DNA of 64,000 bases from Octopus sinensis (lineage: Eukaryota), in assembly GCF_006345805.1 (NCBI RefSeq), contig NC_042998.1:183582001-183646000 (forward strand), read 5' to 3'. Both the position numbers and the translations under genes were made by a program. Position 1 is the stretch's first letter; the number at the start of each line of letters is the position of its first letter. Below, in pieces: positions 39,100 to 52,426 of the stretch. The notes under the pieces are model-generated. The model saw only the letters and a program-made list of their open reading frames with translations. It did no database searches and had not been told where the DNA came from.

Positions 39100-39700
39100 C
39101 CACTAAACCAAAATGAAGAGATAAAGCATTCAGTTTTAAAGAAAAAACAAATTGAACAATGCAAAAGAGGAATCTAGAATTAAAATTTCTGTTCAGAAAC
39201 CAAAATGGCATTGTTAAGAAAGAAACTTTTTTCAAAATTCACTGTGCATCATTGATCCAGAGTTACTTTGACTTCAGTAGCACAGCATGGTTTCTTGAAA
39301 TAAGCTTAGATAACAAAGAAAATATTCAGAATTATTCAAAATGTTCAGATTTAATTTAAAACAAAAAATATTTCAAGAGAAGAAATAGATAATGATATAT
39401 TATTAATAAACCTAATTCTAATATGTGTACAGTAAAGAAACCAACAACTGAGATTACAAATAGTGTTTAGAGAAGAAAAAAGAACAACAAAAAACACCTG
39501 TCCAAGCTACATGCAAGCAAACTTGCTTGGATCTAATGAACATACCTACCAAACAAGAAGCCAAAATAATGCTTACATTGTACGAAACTCAAACAAAATC
39601 TTCTGACAGCAATCAGAAGAATAGATGTTTCCAGAGTAAAGAAGACAAAACTATTTTAACAAGATGCAAACAGAATAAAAGGTTGAAGAAATCAGGTTTT
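39100..39700 (+). mobile_element. CR1/L2-like LINE C-terminal fragment, decayed
   Basis: LKFLFRNQ..CASLIQSYFDFSSTAW resembles the LKFLYR..ALIQPHFDYAxxAW motif after the RT domain. Confidence 0.55.
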
Positions 39701-41149
39701 ACTTCTTTCTATAATAAAAATGGTAAGCTGATAGATCAGTGTACACATAACGGCTAAATTCATTATAGAATTATTTGGAAAGAAACTCAAAGAACACAGT
39801 GCAGGCCTAGCTGTGTGGTCGAGAAGTTCACTTTATAACCATGTGGTTTTAAGTTCAATCCCACTTTGCAGAACTGTATGCATTGGTCTTTCACCATAAC
39901 TCTGGGATAAACTAATGCTTTGTCAGTGAAATTTGGTTCAAACTAGGCATCTGTTTCTTTTTCTCTTTCTTGCTCCACCAGAATGAATGAATAAATATTC
40001 CAGTGAAAATCAGTGCAATATATTTTGTGGCATTTAAATCCAGAAAGGAGAAGTTGATGGAATCAGTATCAGACTGGGGTCAGTATGATGTACTAAAATC
40101 TTGAAGGTGATGTGTCAGCATGGTCGCTGTCCAATGAATAGAACTGGCAAAAGAATAACACATCAAAAAAAAAAAAAAATTGCCAGATGGTGCATATTTT
40201 GCTGGTAGATACTCATGATGTATGATAACTGAAAATTATTTCTACTAAATGATATTTTATATCATTTATCTACACATATTTTATATCATTTATCTATACA
40301 TCTATTTATCTACACATACAAGATGCTCAGGAATTCAGAGTGGGTGTGTTCTTTAATACTATGCTCAAACCCTCAAATAGAATTTTATACTTTGAAAAAA
40401 AATCTATACCAATTAAGTTTATAGTAAGAGCAGTGATATCTCTTTCAGGCAGAAAGACCATTTTGTAAAGGACAAATGAAATAATTCCATAACAGTATAT
40501 TAATAGTTCAAATTTTTATTAACCCTGGATGGATAAAAACAAAAGCTGATTCTAGTGGGAACTGGACTTAGAGATATAAGATGTTGATTACAGCTTAGAT
40601 CAGGAGTGTCATGTATACAGCCTGTCTGCTAGATCCAACTTATAGCAATGTTTAAGTGTGGTCCCTGGTTTAATGTTATATAATAAAATATTTATTATTA
40701 TTTTTCATTTTAAAATATTCTGTAAAATATATTTCATTAACATGTGCTCAGAGCCCAACTAGAGTTATCATCATCATTTAATATCCATGTTCCATGCTGG
40801 CATGGGTTGAACAGGTTGAAGAATCCAATGAGTCGAAGGACCGCATCATGTTCCAATGTCTGCTTTTGGATGGTTTTTATGGGCCGATGCCCTTCCTAAT
40901 GCCAACTACTTAACTGTGTATGCTGGATGTTTTTTTTTTACAAGCCACCAGCACTAGTGAGGTTGCCATGTGGCTTGCAAGATTACAAACCCCAAAGGGA
41001 GCAGTGATCAGTAGGAAAGGTGGGTGGTGGTGGTGGTGGTGGTGATTCCCATTAGTGAAATCAATGCACATTAGGGAATCTTGTTATTTCACCCAATGTA
41101 AAAGAAGCTTATGAATCTATATGCTAAAAGACGTGACCTATTTCCCTCT

Positions 41150-41680
41150 CACTATGCTTATTAGACACCAAGTCAAATGGATTTTTAAAAATTAAATTTA
41201 TTCACATGTTTGTCCAAATGGATTTTAATGATATGAATGATATTGAAAGATTTTGCTGCTAAAACATAGCAAGCTTTTTATCAAGTATTGCTCTTCTCAA
41301 GAACTGTATGTATTTATTTCAACAATTGCTGTTTCTGTACCTATCTAAGCATTCTTACTTAATACAACAATATATATATACCATCTGGATGAAATTTTCT
41401 CACACATCTCTGCTAACACCTTATAATTTGTTAACAAAGTTGTTTCAATATATATCATTCACTATATCCATCTATCTACTTAGGCTCACATTATGAATAG
41501 GGTTTTTAGGAATAATTATCCCTATCTGGTCTTCAAAATTAAGTTTGTTTCAATCTGGCCTGCAAAGCCAAAGGAGTTTGACACTCATGATTTAGAGCTA
41601 AGTCAATCAGATACATTAATATCAATCTTCCATTTCTCTTCACTTAGAAGTTGTGTGTGGGGTATTGTTGAAGTTGTTGA
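41150..41680 (-). mobile_element. Possible Penelope-like GIY-YIG endonuclease remnant
   Basis: Minus frame KISSRWYIYIVVLSKNA*IGTET..EEQYLIK..SSKIFQYHSYH*NPF loosely fits VYxIxCxxCxxxYIGxT..EH..S..H; several stops. Confidence 0.3.
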
Positions 41681-42316
41681 AGTGATTTCAAGAGAAGAAA
41701 AGAAATTAAGCCTATCAAATTAATATATCTTAGCTAGAATTGTAATCTATGGTGTTGGCCATCTTTACCACAATTACACTCAACAGTCAAATAACAGGAA
41801 GCGAACTGACAGATTCATTAATGTATAGAACAACATACCTTAATAGTAGTTGTTCCAGCTAGCTACATTCTGAGTTCAAATCTCACCAAAATCAACTTTA
41901 TCTTTTGAGGTCAATAAAATACCAGTCAAGAACAGAGGGTTGCTAGAATTGTTAGATGGAAAAGTATGCCTTGTTGTAGATGCTTTAATTCTTTACATTC
42001 TGAGTTCTTAGGCAGTAAATTTATTCTACCATCAAGTTTAACCCACCACCAGGTCAGTTGGTATCTTTAGTGGGGTTACTTCCACTGTAAGCATTTAGGC
42101 AGAGTCTCTGATTTGAGGATAAATCCCTCCAATCAGCACACCAGTCTTAGAAATAAAGGGTCAAGGATACTGACTTCCCACCCTGACAGAGTAGTAAACA
42201 CTAAGAAATTATTCAGATTTATTCATGCTAATGTAGTTCTGTATATTTATGTGTGATCTGAAAGAAACTATGGTTTGCTACAGTGTAGCTTCAAGCATGT
42301 TATGAATTTTCCTAAT

Positions 42317-42630
42317 CACAGCCAACAAATGGATGGATATCACAGCCAACAAATGGATGGATATCACAGCAAACAAATGGATGGATATCACAGCAAAGGA
42401 AGACCTCTCCTTAGGTATAAGAATAAATTGAAACGATCACTAAAACCTCTACAGCTTAACCTGATATCGTGGGAAAGCCATTGCCCAAATGTGTCACAAT
42501 GCATCAAACGATTTGAGCTGAAGAAAAAGAACAATAGAAGAACTATATCCCGCAACCAACAGACACAATTGCCCAATCCCGGGTAAAACGAAAATCATCA
42601 ATGTTCTCATTGGGCTTTCATAGCAAAATC
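42317..42630 (+). mobile_element. RTE (BovB-like) 3' fragment preceded by a 24-bp triplication
   Basis: GRPLLRYKNKLKRSLK..SWE..FE; unit cacagc(c/a)aacaaatggatggatat x3 at 42317-42388. Confidence 0.65.
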
Positions 42631-43022
42631 CATACCTGGACTGAAATTACATTTTCACACCTGAGAACATACCTGGACTGAAATCACATTTACACACCCA
42701 TCACAGATAGATGCAGCTGCTTAGCATTTCCCCACCCCTCAACTTTAAGACCTCTCCTTCAAACACTCATATGTTGAAATCGACAGGAGCGACCATCATA
42801 TTTGAGATACAGTGTTACATTACACAGTTTTCTTAAAACATGTTAATGTAGTACTTTAAATACAAGGTTCAGAAATATATTGCATCATTAATGTCTGTTT
42901 TATTCAAATGAATCTTCCACAGTTGTTTAACATCAAGTTAATTATTCTTCCATTCTTCAGAATAGATAACTTTTACTATCAGCTAAGCACATAAATTATT
43001 AATATGCTAAGACAGCTTATGC

Positions 43023-43266
43023 ATTTTATAAACAGCTGCACTAGATTCAATCACCAGAGAGAACATCAGATTAATAGGAATAATAAGAAATTAGCTACCA
43101 GAAGAACAAAAACCTTGAAGATTATCTCTGAAACAGTAATTTAGAACAGTGATGAATACATGGTTTGATCAAATATTTAAATAACATTTACAAATATTAT
43201 TTCTTCATAGCCAGAGTTCATTTATCCTCAAAAGACACATTTTCCACAAATGTTTCAATGTACTGA
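43023..43266 (+). repeat. 244-bp segment duplicated at 51310-51553
   Basis: 9 substitutions and no indels by manual alignment (about 96%). Confidence 0.92.
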
Positions 43267-44799
43267 AATAATCAACTACCATGTTTTGTGAAAAATGTTC
43301 AGATTTACAGACAATGGCATCAATGTAATATCCCCCAAGGGCTGTTTCTCTTTTCATAACATTCAAAGCTTTCTCGAATATTAATAATTACTCTAGAGAA
43401 CAAAGAACTTTGTTATTCTGACCCAGAGCAGAGCTGGACTGGCAAAATTGCTAGAATAAGTGAAGCACTGAGGAAGTGATTCAGTGAAATCTAAACTCGG
43501 GGATGAATGAGTAGCGATGACTTGGCTGAGGAGAACAGAATCATTTTAGAGGATAGGAAAAATTAATTAGTAGCTCTATTTTGGGAAAGGCAGGAAAATA
43601 ATATCAGCAAGCAGCTACCAGACCACTCCCACGTTCCAAAATAAATAAATAAATAAAACAAGGAAAAAAAAAAAACTCATTCAAGTGACCAGTATTGGTG
43701 GTGTTCAGCCCCAATAAATTCAACAATGGCTTTCTATTATATGCCTGCCAACTTCAAATAATCTATCTCTAGAGGGGTAGGGATTAACAACCCTACACTG
43801 AGGTGGGGAAATTATAGAATTTGAGATACTTCTAACATCTCATTAGTAAAGAACACTAATAATGAATTCTCATTAAGTAGCAAGCAAATTTGTTCTGCTG
43901 CTTCTCTATGGCATTAACCATGTTAATACCATAAATCAAGAATTCTCATGTTTCCATGCATTCACCAAAGTCTACTGTGATACTAATGAATCAATACAAC
44001 AAAATATCACTTAAAACCTCCAGAGAGCACAGAACACCCATGGAAAATACTAGAATTTCTTTATTTGAGCATTTTATGCATTGCAAAAAAAGGAGAGACA
44101 GTTAGCACTCCCCCTTATCAAGGACGGAAGAGATCAGTCAATCTTTCTAACACATATGGGCATTGCTCTCTACTTTAGAGCAACCTAATTTTTGAATGGT
44201 GGTGCCCCAGCATGGCCACAGCTCATGAGCTGAAACTAGATGAAGATGATATAAAGATATGTACCTAAAAAATGTCTTGGCTCACCCATTTTGGCCCTGC
44301 CCATTCGGCATCACTGATCCGATGCTGACTTATTTGACACCAGACATCTTAATGTTTCTCTCATTCTCTCCTCTCTCTCTCTCTCTTTGTTTATGTGAGC
44401 ATATTTCTCTTTATGTATATGAACATGTTCAAATGATAAATTGTAATGTCTTCCTCTGTATGTCTATAATTCAATGCACATATAGTTGGTCTGCCAACAT
44501 TATAATTCAGTGCACAAGCATGTATGTTTGACTCCAGTACCAAAAAGTACTGTCACCAACACAGACTGAACATCCAGTCAGCTAGGCCAAGATGTCAGTA
44601 TCCGAATAACTGTGCCCAATTGTCTCATTCCATTAAAACATACGGGCAATAAAATTTGTCTATAAATTAAAAAATACTAGTACAAAATGAAAAAAAGCAG
44701 AAAGAACAACAGTTGGACCAGCTATTGTTTGTTTTGTTCGTATTCAGGTTTGTGTTTTATAATTGCAATTCACACTGAATGCAATATCTAGTAGCTGCA

Positions 44800-46020
44800 A
44801 TCATCATTTAATGTCCGCTTTCCATGCTAGCATGGGTTGGACGGTTCAACAGGGGTCTGGGAAGCCAGGAGTCTGCACCAGGCCCAGTCTGATTTGGCAG
44901 TGTTTCTACAGCTGGATGCCCTTCCTAACGCCAACCACTCCGTGAGTGTAGTGGGTGCTTTTTACGTGCCAGACGAGGCTGGCAACGGCCACGATCGGAT
45001 GGTGCTTAAAACATTTAGTCAATAGTGCCACACTGTGTCTTTCATTCAGTCATATATCAACAGTCTAAGACAGTGGTTCTTAAATAGTATACTGTATTGC
45101 AATGCTGCATTGCAAGGGGCACCAAGCATGATGCAAAGTTTTAAAAGATATAACTATCGGTTACCCTCTTCTGAAACTCTTATGAAATTATCTCCCCCTT
45201 CCTCCCAATTTACTGTCTGCATTCTCTTTATACTCACCTTTTATTTTGAGATACTCTGACAATTTGTCACCATCATCTCCACCTTCTTTCCAGCTTTTCT
45301 TAACCAACATTATATAAAGTGATCGTCATCTATCTCCTCTACAGCAAGACACCTGTGCTTGTCCCTCTATCAAACTTTAGTCTCTCAGCACCTAGCATAA
45401 AGCCGTCTTCCTCCTCTCTTCTTAAATATACAATCTCACTCATTGAGGAGGCCTTTTCTTTCTCTTCTCTTGTGAGTTAAAAGGTGATCTCAATAGAGCT
45501 GGTGAAAGAACCCTCCCTACTTCAGTCATGAATAACCATGGAGATTGCACCTAGAAAGTTAACCTCCAAGGCACAAATCCAGGCAAGATTGTTTATGGAA
45601 AACTAGCAGTCGCTCATGCATACCAGCCTCCCCTCTCCATGCCACTGATGTTATCCACGGGAAAGCAAAGGCCGTGACAGCTTGGCACTAGTGATGTCAC
45701 AATTCATTTCTACAGCTGAGTGAACTGGAGCAACATGAAATAAAGTGTCTTGCTCAAGAACACAACACAGCCCAGTCCAGGAATTGAACTCACTACTGCA
45801 TGATGTGAGCCAGATGCTCTGGCCGCTTAGCCGTATGAAAAAAAATCACCTGGTCAACACTGTAAAAAGATTGGCATTAGAAGGGGCATCCAGCGAAAGA
45901 AACTGGACCAAAGTTGGCATTGGAGCTCAACAGTCCTGCTGCTTTCTGGATTCTCTTAAACTGTCCAACCATTGCTAGCATGGAAAATGGACATTAAATA
46001 ATGATGAAGATGATGATGAT
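44800..46020. mobile_element. Family C (44800-45008, minus), tRNA-head SINE (45490-45830, minus) and family C (45835-46020, plus)
   Basis: Matches to other copies; reversed B-box-like ggaattgaactc at ~45780. Confidence 0.65.
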
Positions 46021-48109
46021 TGATGATTGATGATAAATTTAAGGCCTTAGAAAACCCATATTAATATTCAAGCTTCTTGAAAAACATGTTATTCATAATT
46101 TTTTACTTTAAACTTCAGTGAAAAGAAAGTGCTTTTGTGAATGATATTAATTCAATAAGTGTTTCCAATCATGATTCTGAATTTTCCATTTTCTATCAAG
46201 AAATGTATTCATAAGCAGTGAACCATGACCCAAAAGTAGGTACTTGTTGACTATAATATAATACAGTTTAATTTAATTGTGAAAAACATAATTTGCTCAT
46301 AACATCAACAAATAATTCAATTTTTTCATTTTCAAGAGTAAAACTTTATATCACACAAAATTAATTCAATAAATATAAAGTTTTAAATGTTTTAATTTTG
46401 AACTTATTAAACAGTTTAAATACTTATAAGTACTCCTTTACCCAACTTACATAAACTTTTGTTTTAAATTGTTCCTTTTTTTGTTATTTTTTAAATATTA
46501 TTATTATTATACAGAACTGAAAATATCTCTCCATGGATAAATGATTAAATTTGGCAAAGAAGAAAACATACAAAAAAGAAAAAAAAACCCACAATACTGA
46601 GGTAACAGTTTCTGCAGAATGTTGGTGCCATAACATAAATCAATGAATGAAAGTGTAAAAGTGTTGAACTGACTCACAGAAAATAAAAGTACAACAAAAT
46701 TTTTTTCCATAATATGGATTTACTGTTACTTTTAGACTTTTACACAACCCAGTCTGCTGAATTTGCAATGAATCTTCAGCAAATGAAAGTCTGATAAGTT
46801 GACTTCACATTTTAGCACAAAGCCAGCAATTTTGGGGTGGGGGTAAGTTGATTAAATCAACCCCAGTGCTCAACTAGTACCTATTTTATTGACCCCCGAA
46901 AGGATAGAAGGCAAAGTCACCCCTGGTGGTATTTGAACTCAGAACATATAAAGTCAGTGTGGTAACAATTCTGCTAGTTTGCCACCTTCTGAATTCTGCT
47001 AATTTAAAAGACATATTTTCTATAACAGGAATCATTGAAAGTTGAAAACAATTTGGGTATCTCAGAGTTTATGATCTGAAACAAATTTTCAAAGTAAATA
47101 GCAGACAAATTTGTTTGGGTTTTTGCAAATGTTAAAACTATGAGTCATGTACTAACACAAAACATTTCAACACAACTACACCTTTCCAACCATAACCAAT
47201 CTGTTCCCTCACCCCTAAACAAATCCCTAATCAACTGCACTAAATTTTATTAACTATTATTGTTAACACAAAAACCAAAATCTGTCACTCTTCTTTCACA
47301 CTCTTGTGAACATACCCATTCACTATGTCCAACCCTCTGTACCACTTTTATAATCACCTTCCTGTAATTTGTGAATATACCATGACACTCTTCATTACCA
47401 TCTCTCTTTTTTCGACAGGGATAATCATGTATCTCCTCTACTGTAAAACACTTGCTTTTGTTCCATATCATACTTTAACCTCTCATCATCTGGCATAAAG
47501 CCACCTCTCCTTAGTACTATACACCTCCTCTTGGTTGAGGTGTCTTGTCTTGAAAGTTACTTGGTGACTTCACTAGTGCTGGCACAACATAAAAAGTACC
47601 CAGTATACTGTGAAATGGTTGGTGTTAGGAAGGGCAACCAGCCATAGAAATCATGGTAAAGTAGAAACTGGAGTTTGGCTTGTTGGCCCCTGTCAAACTC
47701 ACCAATCCATTTCAGCATGGAAAATGAAGATGATGATGATGACGGTGGCAACAATGACAGTTTTGAGAAACTTCTGTTTTGGACCCTAAAGGCTGTGACT
47801 CAATTTTTCTTTTTTTGGAAATGAAACTGGTTGATGGAAAATACTTTAAAACATCACATGAAACCTCATAATTTATAATGGTTTCAAATTTTGGCATAAG
47901 GCCAGTAAGTTCAAGGGAGGAGGTAAGTCAATTACATCAACACCAGTACATAACTGGTACTTATTTTATCAACCCCAAGAGGATGAAAGGTAAGGTCGAC
48001 CTTGGCAGAATTTGAACTCAGAACATAAAGACAGATGAAATGCTACTAAGCATTTTAATCAGCTTGCTAATGATTCTGCCAGTTTACTGCCTTCCTCATA
48101 ATTGATAAT

Positions 48110-49380
48110 GAAAGTTTAAAAACCATTTGCAGACAAAACAAGAATTTCACTGTCAAAAGAAATGGTATGCAGAGACTAGCAGTAACCAATTCGTGCAACA
48201 TATTGAAATAACTGAAGAAAATACTAAATTTGAAATTCAGTTAAATTAATCAATTAACATTGTAAATGGAGTTCAACTATTGACATTTGTCAGATATTCA
48301 TATTAAAACTGGGTGCTTACTGTTTAAATAATTAAATGAGCATGCAACAGTTGAAGATGTTTACCCCAAAGTTGACCCTTTTTTTGTTAAAGAAGTAGGT
48401 CTGGGATGGAATGACTATGTTGATGTATGTACTAATGGTGGAGTAGCAGTGACAGGGGTAAAAAAAATGATTTCAAGATAAAGTTAATGAAAAAATATGC
48501 ACCAACTACATTCATTGATACTGCATGATTCATCAAGAGACATTAGTAACTAAAAAAATTTAATAGGAGACACATTTGAAATTATAAAATTCATTAAGCA
48601 TTACACATTGATCAGCTGTCTACTTGTAAAACTATGCCAGGATATGGGATCTGAATTCAACAAATTTTTACTGCATATAACAGTGAAATGACTGTTGAAA
48701 GGATGAGCATTAAAAGGATTTGGGAAAAGAAATAAACTTATTTTTTTATCAGAAAAGAACTCAAATGTTGCATAATTCTTTCATGATAAAAATAGGTTTT
48801 GCAAATTATAGTATTTGTTAGACGTATTTGAGAAACTTAATACATCTCTGCAGGGGGCAGGGGTAAACAAGAAAAATAAACATTTTCACTGTGAAAGTTA
48901 GAATTGAACATTCATAAAAAAAAATTAAATTAAAGACTAAATAAAAAAAAATACAAACTTTCAGAAACACGTAGTACAAAATGATAACTTTGAAATACTA
49001 ATGATTATGTTGGTGAAAATAACTTTTAATTTGATTAAGCAGATTGTAATCAAGTATTCAGCGTGTAAGAAAAAAAAAAACAGTTTTACAAATATATTCT
49101 GCAAAACATAGACAATTGTAATTTACAATGTAAATTAGATTGGATCCAAATCATGTTCAATGTAGCAATGGAAAATGTGATGTGAAACAGGTTTCTTTGA
49201 AGACTCAAGAAGAATTTGGAGAGCTGTTTATGCACTTGAAATCTCAAACTTGAAATTTCAAAAAATAAACTTCAGCATTTTGTAACTGAAATGTGAAATT
49301 AGATTTTCTAATTTTATCTGAATTAGCTATGATAGTTCTTCTACCATTTTCTTCATATATTTATGTGAATCTATGTTTTT
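48110..49380 (+). pseudogene. hAT (Buster/Charlie-like) transposase remnant, heavily decayed
   Basis: DVCTNGGVAVTG (48422), CMIHQETLVTKK (48522), LCQDMGSEF, YLLDVFEKL..SLQG and ILSELAMIVLLPFSS..CESMF occur in hAT order. Confidence 0.8.
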
Positions 49381-49536
49381 TTAATTTTAACAACAATAAT
49401 AATAACTTACCACAGAATAATATAAGTAGAAATTCCCTTAACCCTTTCAGACCTGGGCCCCTGTGTCTAACCTTACCCTCCACCTGGGTCCCTGTGTCTA
49501 ACCTTACCCTCCACCTGGGCCCCTCCTCCTCCTCCT

Positions 49537-49845
49537 CATCGTTTAACGTCTGTTTTCCGTGCTAGCACAGGTTAGACGGTTCGACTGGAGTCTGGGAAGC
49601 CAGGAGGCTGCACCAGGCTCCAATCTGATCTGGTAGTGTTTCTACAGCTGGATGCCCTTCCTATGCCAACCACTCCGTGAGTGTAGTGGGTGATTTTTAC
49701 ATGCCACCGGCACAGAAGCCAGTCAAGGCAGCACTGGTATCGGCCACGTTCAGATGGTGCTTTTTACATGCCACCGGTGCAGGTATCACAACTACAATTT
49801 CCATTTGATATTTATTTTGATGTTGATATACTTGACTCAATAGGT
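49537..49845 (-). mobile_element. Family C element, long form
   Basis: Reverse complement of 25755-26076. Adjacent 31-bp tandem duplication at 49452-49513. Confidence 0.8.
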
Positions 49846-50119
49846 CTCCTCAAGCAATGCAGGTCCTGAGTAAAAAAGTAAATAGTTGCATATACAGCTC
49901 AAGAGTAAACAATTGCAAGCAAACTAAGGAACTGAATCACAAAAAAATCAGGAGAACAACAATAATAGGCCTATCTCTCAACTAACGTTCACCTGAATTG
50001 CTACTTTCCTTATCACTTTCACCAGTTTTATTGTCTGAATTACACTCATTGTCTGCGTAAGGATAAACTCTTCATCTGAAGAATAAATATCATCAATAAT
50101 TTCCTCAACTGTAAAGAGT

Positions 50120-50418
50120 GGAGGCACATGGCCTAGTGGTTAGAGCAGCGGACTTGCGGTCGAGAGATTGCAGGTTTGAATCTCAGACTGGGCGATGTGT
50201 GTGTTTATGAGCGAAACACTTAAGCTCCACGTGGCTCTGGCAGAAAGTAATGGTGAACTTCTGCTGACTCTTTTGCCACAACTTTCTTTCACTCTTTCCA
50301 CTTGCATCTTGCATCTCACCTGTGACGGACCGGCATCCCGTCCAGGTGGGGAACCTATACGCCAAGGAAACCAGGAAACCAGCACTTATGAGCCAGGCAT
50401 GGCTTGAGAAGGAACAAA
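50120..50418 (+). mobile_element. tRNA-head SINE (family D-related) with 14-bp TSD
   Basis: caactgtaaagagt at 50106-50119 and 50419-50432; A and B boxes present. Confidence 0.85.
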
Positions 50419-51110
50419 CAACTGTAAAGAGTCTAGGCCTTGATTGTTAACAAGACAATGTATTGGGTTTATCACATGTTCATTTCATCACAAAAATCTG
50501 TATTTTCTTTTATTAAAAAGACAAGTAAACAATGACTATGGAGGGACATCATTAACAACAAGTCATAAGCACATTAGACTACAAAGTTGCAACTTTATTG
50601 GTTGTCTAATTTTAGTATTTTCTCTTTTTCTCTATGTATGTTACACATTACCACTTAGACAAGAATCTGGTACAAATTACATTTATGCTATTCCTGCTGT
50701 ACAGGGAACATGGTATGATAGAGTTAAGAACATCACTAATAAATATAAAGCCATAGGTTGATGTACTATGTCAAAAGAAACAAGTACATTCTTTTCATTA
50801 AAGATATTCATATTCTCAAATGGTTTGATGATCATAAGTTTAGTTGTTTTTGGTCAAAGTTTGATAAACCTGGACATTTTCTGCGACTTATCTGGGAGTG
50901 CTATCGTATATAAGAAACAAGTTGACAATGAGAAAACATTCAGAAAATATTAAAGCAAGTACCTGGACAGCTAAATTAACTGATTTCTTATGGCCTTCTA
51001 CTTTTTCAATAGAGCATGTTTTATGCAGATTCAACTGAACTTAAAATGTGTGCATTTGTAGCAGAGCACAATCCAGTCATTTTTATATAATATAAGCATC
51101 TATTCTAAAA

Positions 51111-52426
51111 CTAGCTTAAAAGCCACTTTATCGGGCAGCTTTTAAGCTAGTACGTAGCTTTTAAGCAAATGACTCTGAATGGGAAGATCCGCAAACAGAT
51201 CTCTGACTTGTTTTGGAGAATTTGTTGGAATTGCTTCCTCAAGAGTCATATTCCAATGATAATCATATTCATCGCAAAAAATCCTGTAAAAAAAAAAACA
51301 CCATAAACAATTTTATAAACAGCTGCACTAGATTCAATCACCAGAGAGAACATCAGATTAATAGGAATAATAAGAAATTAGTTACCAGAAGAACAAAAAC
51401 CTTCAAGATTATCTTTGAAACAGTAATTTAGAACAGGGATGAATACATGGTTCAATCAAATATTTAAATAATATTTACAAATATTATTTCTTCATAGCCA
51501 GAGTTCATTTATCCTCAAAAGACACATTTTCCACAAATATTTCAATGCACTGATTTTAAAAAAATCACCATAAATAATCGCAGGAATCCAAAATTTCAGG
51601 ATTGCAGGTCGAGATTTGGCCTGGAATGTTCTTAATTTACTCATGGAGCTAGCCTTTAGATTATAAAAGTTGTTATCAAACAAAATATTTGTTGCAAAAA
51701 GTCACGTAAAAAATCACTGAAAGCAATCACAGTAATGAAAACTTGGGGATCCAAAATTTCAGAATTGTGGGTTCAAATTCGGCCCAGAATATTTTTACTT
51801 TACTCATGGAGTCAGCCAGATTCCGAAATGGTATGATATGTTGGGCTATGGCCTCTAGGAGTAAAGTTGAAAAAGTGTGATACACTGACATTCACATTTA
51901 TTATATTATATCAAGGCGGTGAGCTGGCAGACTCGTTAGCGCGCTGGGCAAAATACTTAGCGGTATTTCGTCTGTTGTTACATTCTGAGTTCAAATTCCA
52001 CCGAGGTTGACTTTGCCTTTCATCCTTTCGGGGTCGATAAATAAAGTACCAGTTTCATACTGGAGTCGATGTAATTGACTTAATCTCTTTGTCTGTCCTT
52101 GTTTGTCCCCTCATTGTTTAGCCCCTGTGGGCAATAAAGAAATATATATCATATTAAGGCGGTGAGCTGGCAGAATCGTTAGCACACCAGGTGAAATGCT
52201 TAGCAGTATTTTGTCTGCCATTAGATTTTGAGTTTGAATTCTGCCGAGGTTGACTTTGCCTTTCATCCTTTCGGGGTCGATAAAATTAGTACCTGTTATG
52301 TACTGGGGTTGATGTAATCAACTTAATCCCTTTCGTCAAAATTTAAGGCCTTATACCTCCAGTAGAAAGGATTTATTAACGCTGTGAAAGTGTAACACAC
52401 TGGCATTCACATTAATTATATTAGAT
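51111..52426 (-). mobile_element. Putative non-autonomous Helitron containing a captured segment and two family B SINEs (51913-52143, 52156-52372)
   Basis: Minus 5' A|TCTAATATAATTAATGTGAATG near 52426 (second similar end near 51910); minus 3' gctgcccgataaagtggcttttaagCTAG|T at 51111; internal ~70-bp direct repeats. Confidence 0.45.

Noticed and set aside
42317-42388. 24-bp direct repeats, and the 30837-31265 array, as CRISPR-like arrays
   Set aside because: Units are contiguous with no unique spacers, the context is eukaryotic and there are no cas genes; simple tandem duplications.
43210-43530. Short protein-like frames on both strands (e.g. FEKALNVMKRETALGGYYIDAIV..)
   Set aside because: No consistent acceptor-frame-donor set and no recognised homology.
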